DNA from: an uncultured Clostridia bacterium
GTDB lineage: Bacteria; Bacillota; Clostridia; Christensenellales; UBA1242
DNA: 64,000 nt
Assembly (NCBI GenBank): GCA_947591785.1
Contig: CANQDK010000002.1
Coordinates: 79,069-143,068 of the forward strand
Reading direction: 5' to 3'
Shown here piece after piece: positions 43,785-52,297 of the stretch; position 1 is the first letter of the stretch; each line of letters opens with the position of its first letter. The position numbers and the translations under genes were made by a program. A model generated the notes under the pieces. It saw only the letters and a list, made by a program, of their open reading frames with translations, searched no databases and was not told the origin of the DNA.

Positions 43785-45869
43785 TTAATTAAGTTTAATT
43801 TTAATTTTTAACAAGTCGCCAAGATTTCCCATATTGTCCTCTGGTTGAATAACTATATAAAATTCTCCCTTACATTCTGGCGTAAAGTAAAAGGCAGGAC
43901 CTTCAGGTTGTCCAATTAGTTTGCAATAATTTATTTCTTCACCCTCTTTCACTTTATACACATTGTAATGCCAAATATTTTCACTTGGTGCATCCCACGA
44001 CAACTGCAACATTCCTTCTTTAAAGACAACTTTTGCATTTGTCGGTTTGCCTGGATTTACGGCAATATATTTTTGAAAGGTTGAGCCTATGTCACGGCTT
44101 AACCAATCTATAAACTTGTAACTTTTCGGGCATAGTGAAGCCCCATCCATGTAATTTATATCATATATTGATTGAGTAACATCTTCACAAATAAAAGAAG
44201 ACAAATTCCCTGAATAATATTTATTGTTTGCAAATTTTCCCCAACTTGCTTCTACTCCAGAGTCGGAGACGGTGTCCTCAATAAGGTTATAGAAAAAGTT
44301 TGTGCCAGAGCCGGTATATACAACATGATTATCGACAAAAGAATTGCCATGCCACTTTTTTACTCCATTTGTGTTTCTTGCAACAAACATTCCTCTTCTT
44401 ACATATTCGTTTGAAACATTGAGTCCATGCACCGGCGCGGCTTTTATGAGATTGTCAGAAACTTCTAGATTGCGAAGGGACAGCAAATCTTCCGAATTTT
44501 TTTCAAAATATTTCCAAGACTTATCCTCTCCACCCCAAGGGAGATAGTCACTGACGGAAATTTGTCCATATTGATTTGAGCAACAACGAATGTCCCAAAC
44601 ACGATTATGCGTTATCTTGCTGTTAGCACAAGCCATAGTAGAAATTCCAGCACCATCACAATGATAGCAGTTGTTGTAGGAAACATCAATGTTCATGCAG
44701 TTAAAATCGATATCAATTGCTGTGCCATCATAAGGTCCACCTTGTCTAAAACAATCAAACGCTTCATTGTATTTTATTTCGGCTTCATTCACGGACAAAA
44801 CCATTATGCCGCCTTGACCCTCCATAGGGGAGTCAGTCGAACTTTCAAGTAGAGTCCCAATTTGATATTTCCCGCCATTATAAACATAGTTACGGTTGAT
44901 GGTGCAACCAGTCGTTGACTCTACAACAATACACATACAACCCGCATCATGCACTAAATTGTTGTCTACATGAACATCATTAAATATTGTAAACTTCACT
45001 TGATTGCCATAGTATTCATTAATTGAGTCAGAAATCCATCCGCCTACAACAATTGCTGTTCTTCCTACATTATAAACATGATTATTTGTTATATATAGAC
45101 CTTTCAAAACAAAATCATCTGCCGACCCTTCGTATGATGTAGCCATTTGAGATACATTTATGCCGCTAAAGTTGGTGAAAAAACTATTAGAATAAACAAC
45201 ATTGTTTGCTATGTAAACATTTTTATATTTCTCCGTTTTCCCATCTTCGTAGTCATAATTAACATTGATGCCATAACCACATTCGTCTGTGTTTTTGCGG
45301 CTACCCCAAATTACGCTTATTTCCAAATCTCGAACAACAATGTTTGAACAACGAACAATATTAACGGCAGCACAACGCCCGCTTTGGTCAGTAAGATTTT
45401 CAGCATTTTGATTTATTTCAATAACAGGTCTCTTATCCGAGTCGCCATAAGAGGCAATAGTAATAGGGTTTCCCTCAACTCCATAACAGTCATATATTTC
45501 CAAGTTGGTTGTGAAGACATCTCCTCTTTTCAACAAGATTTGGTCACCTGGTCTGAAAAACGGAAGGTCTCCTCTCTCCTTACTGCCACGAGTAAGCCAC
45601 CTAATACAGTCAATGTTAACTGGGTCATCTTCCGACAAGCCTGTTTGGGAGTTAAATTCGGGATCCTCAAAAGTTTTCCCATCTGCCGCCACATAAAATG
45701 TTCGTCCATCGTGAGAGATTGGATAATTAGGCTTTTCTTCTGCAAGCCCCGTTTCAAAAAATTCAAATGATACAGTGCTCCCCTGAAAAAACAGCGCCAT
45801 ATTCAAAGATACCAAAAAAATTATAATGAGCATAAATATTGAAACTGCTTTAAGTATCTTTTTTTTCAT
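43785..45869 (-). CDS. Secreted/anchored right-handed parallel beta-helix (pectate-lyase-fold) protein with a C-terminal FN3-like domain
   Basis: N-terminal signal/anchor KAVSIFMLIIIFLVSLNMALFF. It has many N-x-V/I-x-x-N-x turns (IANNVVYSN, ITNNHVYNV, VDNNLVHDAG, INRNYVYNGG, VSYNNCYHCDG, ITHNRVWD). The C-terminus is PGKPTNAKVVFKEGMLQLSWDAPSENIWHYNVYKV. Confidence 0.7.
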   Translation of the reverse strand: MKKKILKAVSIFMLIIIFLVSLNMALFFQGSTVSFEFFETGLAEEKPNYPISHDGRTFYVAADGKTFEDPEFNSQTGLSEDDPVNIDCIRWLTRGSKERGDLPFFRPGDQILLKRGDVFTTNLEIYDCYGVEGNPITIASYGDSDKRPVIEINQNAENLTDQSGRCAAVNIVRCSNIVVRDLEISVIWGSRKNTDECGYGINVNYDYEDGKTEKYKNVYIANNVVYSNSFFTNFSGINVSQMATSYEGSADDFVLKGLYITNNHVYNVGRTAIVVGGWISDSINEYYGNQVKFTIFNDVHVDNNLVHDAGCMCIVVESTTGCTINRNYVYNGGKYQIGTLLESSTDSPMEGQGGIMVLSVNEAEIKYNEAFDCFRQGGPYDGTAIDIDFNCMNIDVSYNNCYHCDGAGISTMACANSKITHNRVWDIRCCSNQYGQISVSDYLPWGGEDKSWKYFEKNSEDLLSLRNLEVSDNLIKAAPVHGLNVSNEYVRRGMFVARNTNGVKKWHGNSFVDNHVVYTGSGTNFFYNLIEDTVSDSGVEASWGKFANNKYYSGNLSSFICEDVTQSIYDINYMDGASLCPKSYKFIDWLSRDIGSTFQKYIAVNPGKPTNAKVVFKEGMLQLSWDAPSENIWHYNVYKVKEGEEINYCKLIGQPEGPAFYFTPECKGEFYIVIQPEDNMGNLGDLLKIKIKLN

Positions 45870-46142
45870 TTTTTTGTTCCCTTAAAGGGAGTATAACACA
45901 TTTTTTCATGATTTAAAAACTTTATTGCAAAAATTCGTGAAAAATGTTAAAAAAGACAGTTTTTTGCTTCTATGCAAAGCGGTATTAAATATGTTCACAT
46001 TAAGGCTAAGAAAAATTCTTTAGAAAATTTTACAAATAGTAATATAATTATCCTATATTATATAGGTTAATATTTTGTAAAAAAAAGAACTTGCAAAAGC
46101 ATTGGTTAAAATTGCAAGTGAAAATGTCATTACAATTCGTTC

Positions 46143-46451
46143 TTGTTGGGAAGGCTCGCACTTAAAAAGTTTGGTGTTGACATTTCGGGCTGCCAAACAA
46201 AAGAAGTGATTGAAAAAGCCACAGGGCAACAACTAAATCCACCAAAAAGGAAAAATGCTCGCGCAATCTGTAATTGCCTTTTAGGACAAGATATTGGCAC
46301 ATACAACACTTGCGACCACTTATGCAAATATTGTTATGCAAACATGGATAAACAAATTGTGCTAAACAATATGAAAAAGCATAATCCAAATTCGCCATTA
46401 CTTATTGGAAATTTGCAAAAAGGCGACAAAATAATGGAAGCAAAACAATAA
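46143..46451 (+). pseudogene. C-terminal fragment of a DUF1848-type protein (5'-truncated)
   Basis: ...RAICNCLLGQDIGTYNTCDHLCKYCYANMD is the conserved C-terminal Cys-rich block of DUF1848. Only ~100-120 codons remain. No ATG/SD is present, the track start is a TTG, and the upstream reading frame is shifted. Confidence 0.5.
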
Positions 46452-46581
46452 AAAGTGCGTTAAGGGTATAAATCTGACAAAATTGGATGATGATACGACC
46501 ACAAAAGAAAAGTTTGCAAAATTTTGATACAAATTCACTGCGAGTATGTTATCATATAGATAATAGTAAAAAGGAGTTAAT

Positions 46582-47334
46582 ATGAAAAAGATAACACAAG
46601 ACGCAGGCAAAAAACAACTTGGGGATTTTGCCCCAGACTTTGCACATTTCAATGATGATGTGCTTTTTGGCGAGAATTGGAATAATCACGACATTGACCT
46701 TAAAACAAGATGCATTATCACTGTTGTTGGGCTTATGTCGTCTGGAATAACAGACAGTTCGTTAATTTATCACTTGCAAAATGCAAAAAACAATGGAGTT
46801 AGCAAAAAAGAAATTGCAGCCATAATCACACACTGCGCTTTTTATGTTGGCTGGCCAAAGGCGTGGGCAGTGTTCAGACTTGTAAAAGATGTTTGGAATG
46901 AAAAAGTTGACTCCAAAACAGAGAAAGAAATTTATCAAAACACAATTTTCTTTCCAATAGGCGAGCCAAATGACGCCTTTAAAGATTATTTTGTTGGACA
47001 AAGTTATCTTGCACCAATTTGCAAAGAACAAGGCATCTTTAATGTAACTTTCGAGCCAGGCTGCCGAAACAACTGGCATATTCATCGTGCAAAAAGTGGT
47101 GGCGGGCAAATTCTTATTTGTGTTGGCGGCAGGGGATATTATCAAGAATTTGGCAAAAAAGCCATTGAATTAAAGCCGGGCGATTGTGTGAATATCCCAG
47201 CAAATGTCAAACATTGGCATGGGGCGGCAAAAGACAGTTGGTTTTCTCATCTCGCAATCGAAGTGCCGGGAACAAAAACATCAAACGAGTGGTTAGAGCC
47301 TGTTGACGACAAACAATATAACAAATTGAAATAG
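46582..47334 (+). CDS. Carboxymuconolactone decarboxylase (AhpD-like) domain fused to a cupin domain
   Basis: The N-terminal half has ...DLKTRCIITVVGLMSSG...KKEIAAIITHCAFYVGWPKAW (CMD family). The C-terminal half has NNWHIHRAKSGGGQILICVGGRGYY...PANVKHWHGA (cupin_2). AAAAGGAG SD. Confidence 0.8.
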   Translation: MKKITQDAGKKQLGDFAPDFAHFNDDVLFGENWNNHDIDLKTRCIITVVGLMSSGITDSSLIYHLQNAKNNGVSKKEIAAIITHCAFYVGWPKAWAVFRLVKDVWNEKVDSKTEKEIYQNTIFFPIGEPNDAFKDYFVGQSYLAPICKEQGIFNVTFEPGCRNNWHIHRAKSGGGQILICVGGRGYYQEFGKKAIELKPGDCVNIPANVKHWHGAAKDSWFSHLAIEVPGTKTSNEWLEPVDDKQYNKLK

Positions 47335-47344
47335 GAGAAGAAAA

Positions 47345-47854
47345 ATGACAGATTTAAAAAACAAAAAAAGTATTGTGATTTATTTTTCAAGAGCAGATGA
47401 AAATTATGCGGTTGGCTATATTGACAAAGGCAACACCGAAGTGATTGCTGAATATATCAGGGATTTGACAGGTGCAGAACTTTTTAAAGTTGAAAGAAAA
47501 AAGCCTTATGCAAAGGATTATAACACTTGCATTAAAGAGGCACAAATTGAACAAGAAAGAAATGAACGCCCAGAAATTGTTAAAGTTTTGCCTTCTATTG
47601 ACGATTACGAGGTTGTTTATATTGGTGTGCCTGTTTATTGGGGAGATTTGCCACAGCCTATGCTTACACAACTTGAAAAATTGAATTGGAATGGCAAAAT
47701 TGTGCGACCTTTCACAACACACGAAGGCTCAGGACTTGGAAACATACCAAATCAATTAAAATCAATATGTAAAGGTGCAGAAGTTTTAAACGGTCTTGCA
47801 ATTCGCGGTGCTTCTGTCCGTTCTTCAAAAGACAAAGTTGCAGATTGGATTTGA
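47345..47854 (+). CDS. Flavodoxin-family protein
   Basis: KSIVIYFSRADENYAVGYIDKGNTEVIAEYI...YEVVYIGVPVYWGDLPQPM is the typical Firmicute flavodoxin-like pattern. AGGAGAAG SD. Confidence 0.7.
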   Translation: MTDLKNKKSIVIYFSRADENYAVGYIDKGNTEVIAEYIRDLTGAELFKVERKKPYAKDYNTCIKEAQIEQERNERPEIVKVLPSIDDYEVVYIGVPVYWGDLPQPMLTQLEKLNWNGKIVRPFTTHEGSGLGNIPNQLKSICKGAEVLNGLAIRGASVRSSKDKVADWI

Positions 47855-47874
47855 AGTATTTAAAGGAGAAACTA

Positions 47875-48837
47875 ATGGTTGTAGATTTTCACACACATGC
47901 TATTACAAAAGAATATTTAGACGGATTAAAAACTCTTGGCATTGACCCCTTAAAAGTAGATGGCTTTAAAGTGCCAGATTGGAGTGCAAAAGACCACCTT
48001 GCGTTTATGAAAGAAGCAGGAATAGATTTTTCTATTCTTTCTTCGCCAACTCCACACCTTTATAATGGAGATAATAAGCAGAGCGCAAAGGCCAATAGGC
48101 AAGTTAACAAATCTTTAAGTGAAGTTTGCAAAGAATATCCAAATAAGTTTGCTTTTGTTGCTTCTGTCCCACTTCCAGATGTCAAAGGTGCAATTAAAGA
48201 ATATAAATATGCGGTGGAAAAGTTGGGTGCGGCTGGTGTTAAACTAACTTCAAACGCGTTTGGCGTATATCTTGGCGACCCCACTTTTGATGATTTTATG
48301 GCAGAATTAAATAAGAACAATGCGCTTGTTATTATCCATCCACAAAGAGCCGCAGAATATCCTAAAACGCCTATTACGGGAACGGTTGCTGCCATATTTG
48401 AATATCCAACCGACACCACTCGTGCGGTATTAAACATGATAGCGAACAAAATTATGACAAGATATCCAAACATAAAATTTGTTGTTCCACACACGGGCTC
48501 GTTTTTGCCTTATATGTTGCAAAGATTTAAAGGCGTTTCAGGAATTCTCGCTTCGCTTGGTATGATGGAAGTTGTAGATTTGCAAGAGGAATTTAAAAAT
48601 TTGTATTTTGATATTGCCGGCGATCCAGAGCCTGTGGCTTTGGATATGCTTTTAATGGTGGCAGATAAAAATAAAATTGTTTATGGCAGTGATTATCCGC
48701 ACTCGCCAGCAAAAGTAATCGTTGCAAAGAAACAACATTTAGATAACAACGAAAAATATAAAACCTTAACAAAAAAGATTTATTCTACAAACGCTAAAAC
48801 ATTACTAAAAGAAGGTGGATATGAGCATAACAATTAA
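47875..48837 (+). CDS. Amidohydrolase-2 (ACMSD/TIM-barrel metal hydrolase) family protein
   Basis: MVVDFHTHAI (HxH metal motif), internal VIIHPQ and VVPHTG, and C-terminal YGSDYPH. AAGGAG lies upstream of ATG 47875. Confidence 0.75.
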   Translation: MVVDFHTHAITKEYLDGLKTLGIDPLKVDGFKVPDWSAKDHLAFMKEAGIDFSILSSPTPHLYNGDNKQSAKANRQVNKSLSEVCKEYPNKFAFVASVPLPDVKGAIKEYKYAVEKLGAAGVKLTSNAFGVYLGDPTFDDFMAELNKNNALVIIHPQRAAEYPKTPITGTVAAIFEYPTDTTRAVLNMIANKIMTRYPNIKFVVPHTGSFLPYMLQRFKGVSGILASLGMMEVVDLQEEFKNLYFDIAGDPEPVALDMLLMVADKNKIVYGSDYPHSPAKVIVAKKQHLDNNEKYKTLTKKIYSTNAKTLLKEGGYEHNN

Positions 48838-49147
48838 CATTTTATACACAGGCAAAAACAGGAACGCAAAAAAGTTTGCAGAAGAAATGACTAAAAGCGG
48901 AATTGCCCAAAAAATTCGCAAAACAAAAGGCAATTTAAGATATGAATATTTTTTGCCTTTGGAAAATAAAGAAAGCGTGCTGCTTATTGACAGTTGGGAA
49001 AGCCAAGCAGCGCTTGACAAACATCATGCTTCCGCTACAATGCAAGAAATTGCTGCCTTGCGTGATAAATATGATTTGCACATGAGTGTTAAACGATATG
49101 TTGAAGATAATCCAAACAGAAATGATGAAAAATTTATAAGGAAATAA
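48821..49147 (+). CDS. Antibiotic-biosynthesis-monooxygenase (ABM, ferredoxin-like) family protein
   Basis: ...LRYEYFLPLENKESVLLIDSWESQAALDKHHASATMQEI fits the ABM/quinol monooxygenase pattern. It overlaps the upstream gene end. Confidence 0.65.
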   Translation: MSITINILYTGKNRNAKKFAEEMTKSGIAQKIRKTKGNLRYEYFLPLENKESVLLIDSWESQAALDKHHASATMQEIAALRDKYDLHMSVKRYVEDNPNRNDEKFIRK

Positions 49148-49163
49148 GCTTTGCAAATTATAT

Positions 49164-49189
49164 AGGTTTACAATTCGTAAGCCTTTTTT
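49164..49189 (+). terminator. Rho-independent terminator ending the redox gene string
   Basis: AGGTTTAC (49164-71), a 5-nt loop, GTAAGCCT (49177-84, one G-U pair), then T5. Confidence 0.6.
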
Positions 49190-49245
49190 ATTTTATTTGC
49201 AATTTTAATTCTTCTTATAGTTAGAAAATCATGTATCTATAAATT

Positions 49246-49584
49246 TTAATCAATCTTTTTAGGTGCTTGCTTTTTATATTCATTTCCCCAATCGGCAAGG
49301 GCTTTGATTATAGGTCGCATTTGCTCGCCAAGGTCTGTGAGTGAATATTCAACTCGAAGTGGCACTTCTGCAAACACTTCTCGTTTAACAAGTCCGTCTT
49401 CTTCAAGTTGCTTTAAGTTTTCGGTCAAAACCTTTGCGCTTATTCCCTTTATGCCATATTGAAGATATTTATATCTTTGTTTGCCATTCAACAAATCGCG
49501 AATAATAAGCGGCTTCCACTTATTTCCTATAAGATTAACCGCTGTGGCAACAGGACAATCTGGCAATTCTTCTTTACTTAACAT
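49246..49584 (-). CDS. HxlR-family winged-helix transcriptional regulator
   Basis: CPVATAVNLIGNKWKPLIIRDLLNGKQRYKYLQ...ISAKVLTENLKQLEEDGLVKREVFAEVPLRVEYSLTDLG is a textbook HxlR signature. Confidence 0.85.
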   Translation of the reverse strand: MLSKEELPDCPVATAVNLIGNKWKPLIIRDLLNGKQRYKYLQYGIKGISAKVLTENLKQLEEDGLVKREVFAEVPLRVEYSLTDLGEQMRPIIKALADWGNEYKKQAPKKID

Positions 49585-49721
49585 ATATTACTCCTATTAC
49601 TTACAAAAAGTAATTTAGATTACAAAAAAGTGCGTAGAAACAATTTGTAAGTTATGGTGATATAATATCACTGACAAGCAAAAAAGTCAAGCCTGTCAGT
49701 TCAAAATAAAGGAGATTTTTT

Positions 49722-50525
49722 ATGAAAAAGACTGATTACACAAAAATCAAATTAAACAAAGGAGAAATGGCTGTTTATGATTTTGGCAAAGTAAAACTTC
49801 ACGCATACAAAACAAACGATTTCATTGATGACGAAGTGTTCTTGCTTGAAAAGAATGGAAATGTTGTTGTGATTGAAAGCCCTTGCTTCTTTGACAATAA
49901 CACAGAACTTGAAAAATATATTACTGACAACAAAATGAAAGTTGCAGGCGTTTTGATTTCTTATCACGCTGCCGGCGCAACATTTTTAAAGAATGCAAAG
50001 AAATATGCCACAAAGCACGCAGATGTTTATGGACATAGTGGTGGTGGCAAAGCACTTATTGACAATTTTACAACTGCTTTTGGAAAGATTTTTGATAATT
50101 CTATTCACACAACAACAAACTTTTTGAAAAATGGCAAAAATGTTATTGGTGGTATTGAATTTGACATTATTGATAAAGCGGAAGGCTTTGACATTGTTAT
50201 TCCAGAAATAAATGCAATTTACACACACATGCTTGGGCATGATTGTCATTCTATTGTTGCGGGAAGTGGACACGCAGACGCAATTATTGCCGAACTTAAA
50301 GATTATCTTGCAAAAGGTTATGATTTGGTTTTGACTTCTCACTACACACCAGAAGATCTAAAAGATGTTGAAACAAAAATTGCTTATATTGAACAATTAA
50401 AGAAAATTGCTTTGACTTGCAAAAACGCAAACGAATTCAAAGAAAAGGTTGCAAAAAAATATCCAAAATATTCTGGTCAAAACTATTTGGATATGACCGC
50501 AGGATTTTTCTTCCAAAATAAATAA
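49722..50525 (+). CDS. Hypothetical protein (possibly a degenerate metallo-beta-lactamase-like fold)
   Basis: Good SD (AAAGGAG). The layout resembles small MBL-fold proteins, but the HxHxDH motif position reads ISYHAAGA. Function is not supported. Confidence 0.35.
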   Translation: MKKTDYTKIKLNKGEMAVYDFGKVKLHAYKTNDFIDDEVFLLEKNGNVVVIESPCFFDNNTELEKYITDNKMKVAGVLISYHAAGATFLKNAKKYATKHADVYGHSGGGKALIDNFTTAFGKIFDNSIHTTTNFLKNGKNVIGGIEFDIIDKAEGFDIVIPEINAIYTHMLGHDCHSIVAGSGHADAIIAELKDYLAKGYDLVLTSHYTPEDLKDVETKIAYIEQLKKIALTCKNANEFKEKVAKKYPKYSGQNYLDMTAGFFFQNK

Positions 50526-50534
50526 GGAGTGCTT

Positions 50535-50973
50535 ATGCAAGAAGTTTTTGAATTTTTAGAGAACAATCCTGTGCAATATTGTGCTACAATAGGTTTGGAC
50601 GGAAAGCCAAAAGTTAGGCCTTTTCAAATGATGTATCACGAGCAAGGCAATTTGTTCTATTGCACAGGTGCAAAAAAAAGATGTGTATGCAGAGCTTACA
50701 AAAAATCCATATTTGGAAATAAGCGTTTCTACACTTGATAAATGGCTTCGCATTCGTGGAAAAGTGCATTGGGTTACAAACAACGAAACAAGAGAAAAGT
50801 GTTTGAATGCAAGCCCACTTGTAAAATCAATATACAAAACAGCGGACAATCCTATTTTGCAAGTTTTCTACATTGAGGACGCAGAAGCTGTGCTTGCCGA
50901 TTTTTCTGGCAATCCGCCAAAGAAGTTTAATCTTAATAAATGTGAGGAAAATGGAAAAACAAAAAGTAATTGA
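50535..50973 (+). pseudogene. Pyridoxamine-5'-phosphate-oxidase-like (FMN-binding split-barrel) gene disrupted by a +1 nt frameshift in an A8 run
   Basis: The track ORFs 50529-50738 and 50668-50973 are two halves of one protein: ...NLFYCTGAKK | DVYAELTKNPYLEISVS...RIRGKV. They join if the A8 run at 50672-50679 is read as A7. Confidence 0.7.
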
Positions 50974-51706
50974 CAAGCTTTTGAATATGCTTGCAAAAAA
51001 ACTTAATTTGAAAATTCAGCCGACGGGCGACTACCTACAAGATAGACGCCTGTTTCGTGGCGTTTGTAATCAGCTTCCGCCTATGGATTTGGGAGATGAT
51101 TTTTATAAATTGCAAGATGAACTTTTGAAAACTGAAAGCATAGAAAAAGGTGTTGTTGACATAAATTCTTTGAAATATAAAAACAATATTTCGCTTTTTA
51201 AGGGCGATATAACAACACTCAAAGCAGACGCCATTGTCAACGCAGCAAACGACCAATTTCTTGGTTGTTTTGTGCCATGCCATAATTGTATTGACAATGT
51301 GATTATGAGTGCAAGCGGCTTTCAAATGCGAAATGAACTTGCTCGGCTTAAAAAACAAAAAAATTATGATAACGAGTTTGTAAAAATAACAAGCGGATAC
51401 AACTTGCCATGCAAGTATGTTTTTCATGTTGCAGGGCCACAAATTTTTGGCGAAGTAACCGAAAAAGATAAGCAGGATTTGGCGAATTGTTATCTTTATT
51501 GCTTAAACAAAGCAAAAGAAATGGGATTAAAAAGTATAGTATTTTGTTGTATTTCAACAGGTGTTTACTCTTTTCCAAACGAACTTGCTTGTGAAATTGC
51601 AATTAAAACTGCTCGAGATTGGCAAAGCAAAACAAAAAGCAATCTAAAAATTGTTTTTAATGTTTTTAAGGATATTGATGAGGAACTTTATGAGCAAAGA
51701 TTATGA
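50951..51706 (+). CDS. Macro-domain protein (ADP-ribose binding / protein-ADP-ribose hydrolase type)
   Basis: Motifs ISLFKGDITTLKADAIVNAANDQFLG, VFHVAGP and CISTGVYSFP (GxY-type phosphate loop). GAGGAAA lies upstream of ATG 50951; the track start is 50873. Confidence 0.8.
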   Translation: MEKQKVIDKLLNMLAKKLNLKIQPTGDYLQDRRLFRGVCNQLPPMDLGDDFYKLQDELLKTESIEKGVVDINSLKYKNNISLFKGDITTLKADAIVNAANDQFLGCFVPCHNCIDNVIMSASGFQMRNELARLKKQKNYDNEFVKITSGYNLPCKYVFHVAGPQIFGEVTEKDKQDLANCYLYCLNKAKEMGLKSIVFCCISTGVYSFPNELACEIAIKTARDWQSKTKSNLKIVFNVFKDIDEELYEQRL

Positions 51707-51795
51707 GGAAAGAATTAAAAAAGCAAAAGAGCTAATCGCAAACGCCCAAAGAGAGGTTGAAAATTTTTAAATCTTTAAGAGTTTTTATTTTATCC

Positions 51796-51912
51796 TTACG
51801 GTTTTCCGCTATAACAGAAGAATTTGCAAATACAGTTGAGTATTTGCTTTCGGACAAAGCAAGCTTTAAAAACAGAGTAAATTATTGCAGTTGATGGTGG
51901 CTTTACTTTAAA
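51796..51912 (+). pseudogene. 3'-terminal remnant of a short-chain dehydrogenase/reductase gene (frameshifted)
   Basis: LRFSAITEEFANTVEYLLSDKASF, then in another frame KIIAVDGGFTL. This is the characteristic SDR C-terminus (...PEEIAxxVxFLxSDxAS...VDGG). No upstream SDR body is present. Confidence 0.45.
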
Positions 51913-52013
51913 ACGAATTGTTTTTACAACATTAAACATTTATATAAAATTAAAACTAAGAAATCAAAAAAAAACTTTGTGCTCAGTTGATACAAATTAT
52001 AATTATTAATTTC

Positions 52014-52043
52014 TTGACATGATAAACTGAAATATAGTAAAAT
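52014..52043 (+). promoter_or_regulatory. Promoter placed so that the downstream ATG sits at the predicted +1 (leaderless mRNA candidate)
   Basis: TTGACA (52014-19), an 18-nt spacer, TAAAAT (52038-43). ATG 52050 lies only 6 nt after the -10 and has no SD. Confidence 0.45.
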
Positions 52044-52049
52044 GTTTCT

Positions 52050-52286
52050 ATGAACGAAACAAATAATTCAAGAAAAAGAAGGTCAACAAGGTCAAAAATA
52101 GGCAATGCTCTTTTAACTGCAGGCGTGATTATGGGTGTGGCAGGCATTGCCAAATCAATTAAAAAGTCTAATGACGAGCAGCCAACAAGTAAGGTCAAGT
52201 ATTGCAGCGAGTGCGGAGTAAAAAACGAAATCACTGCAAATTTCTGTTGGCAATGTGGACATAAATTTGTTCAAATAGACAAATAA
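52050..52286 (+). CDS. Small bitopic membrane protein with a C-terminal zinc-ribbon
   Basis: TM segment IGNALLTAGVIMGVAGIA, then KYCSECGVKNEITANFCWQCGHKF (CxxC-x10-CxxC). Confidence 0.6.
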   Translation: MNETNNSRKRRSTRSKIGNALLTAGVIMGVAGIAKSIKKSNDEQPTSKVKYCSECGVKNEITANFCWQCGHKFVQIDK

Positions 52287-52297
52287 AGGAGAAAATT

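Noticed and set aside
48060-48494. 144-aa minus-strand ORF inside the amidohydrolase gene, and similar antisense ORFs at 33275-33607, 46762-47145, 49986-50342 and 51035-51442
   Set aside because: All lie antisense to ORFs with clear family motifs and ribosome-binding sites, so they are treated as shadow ORFs.
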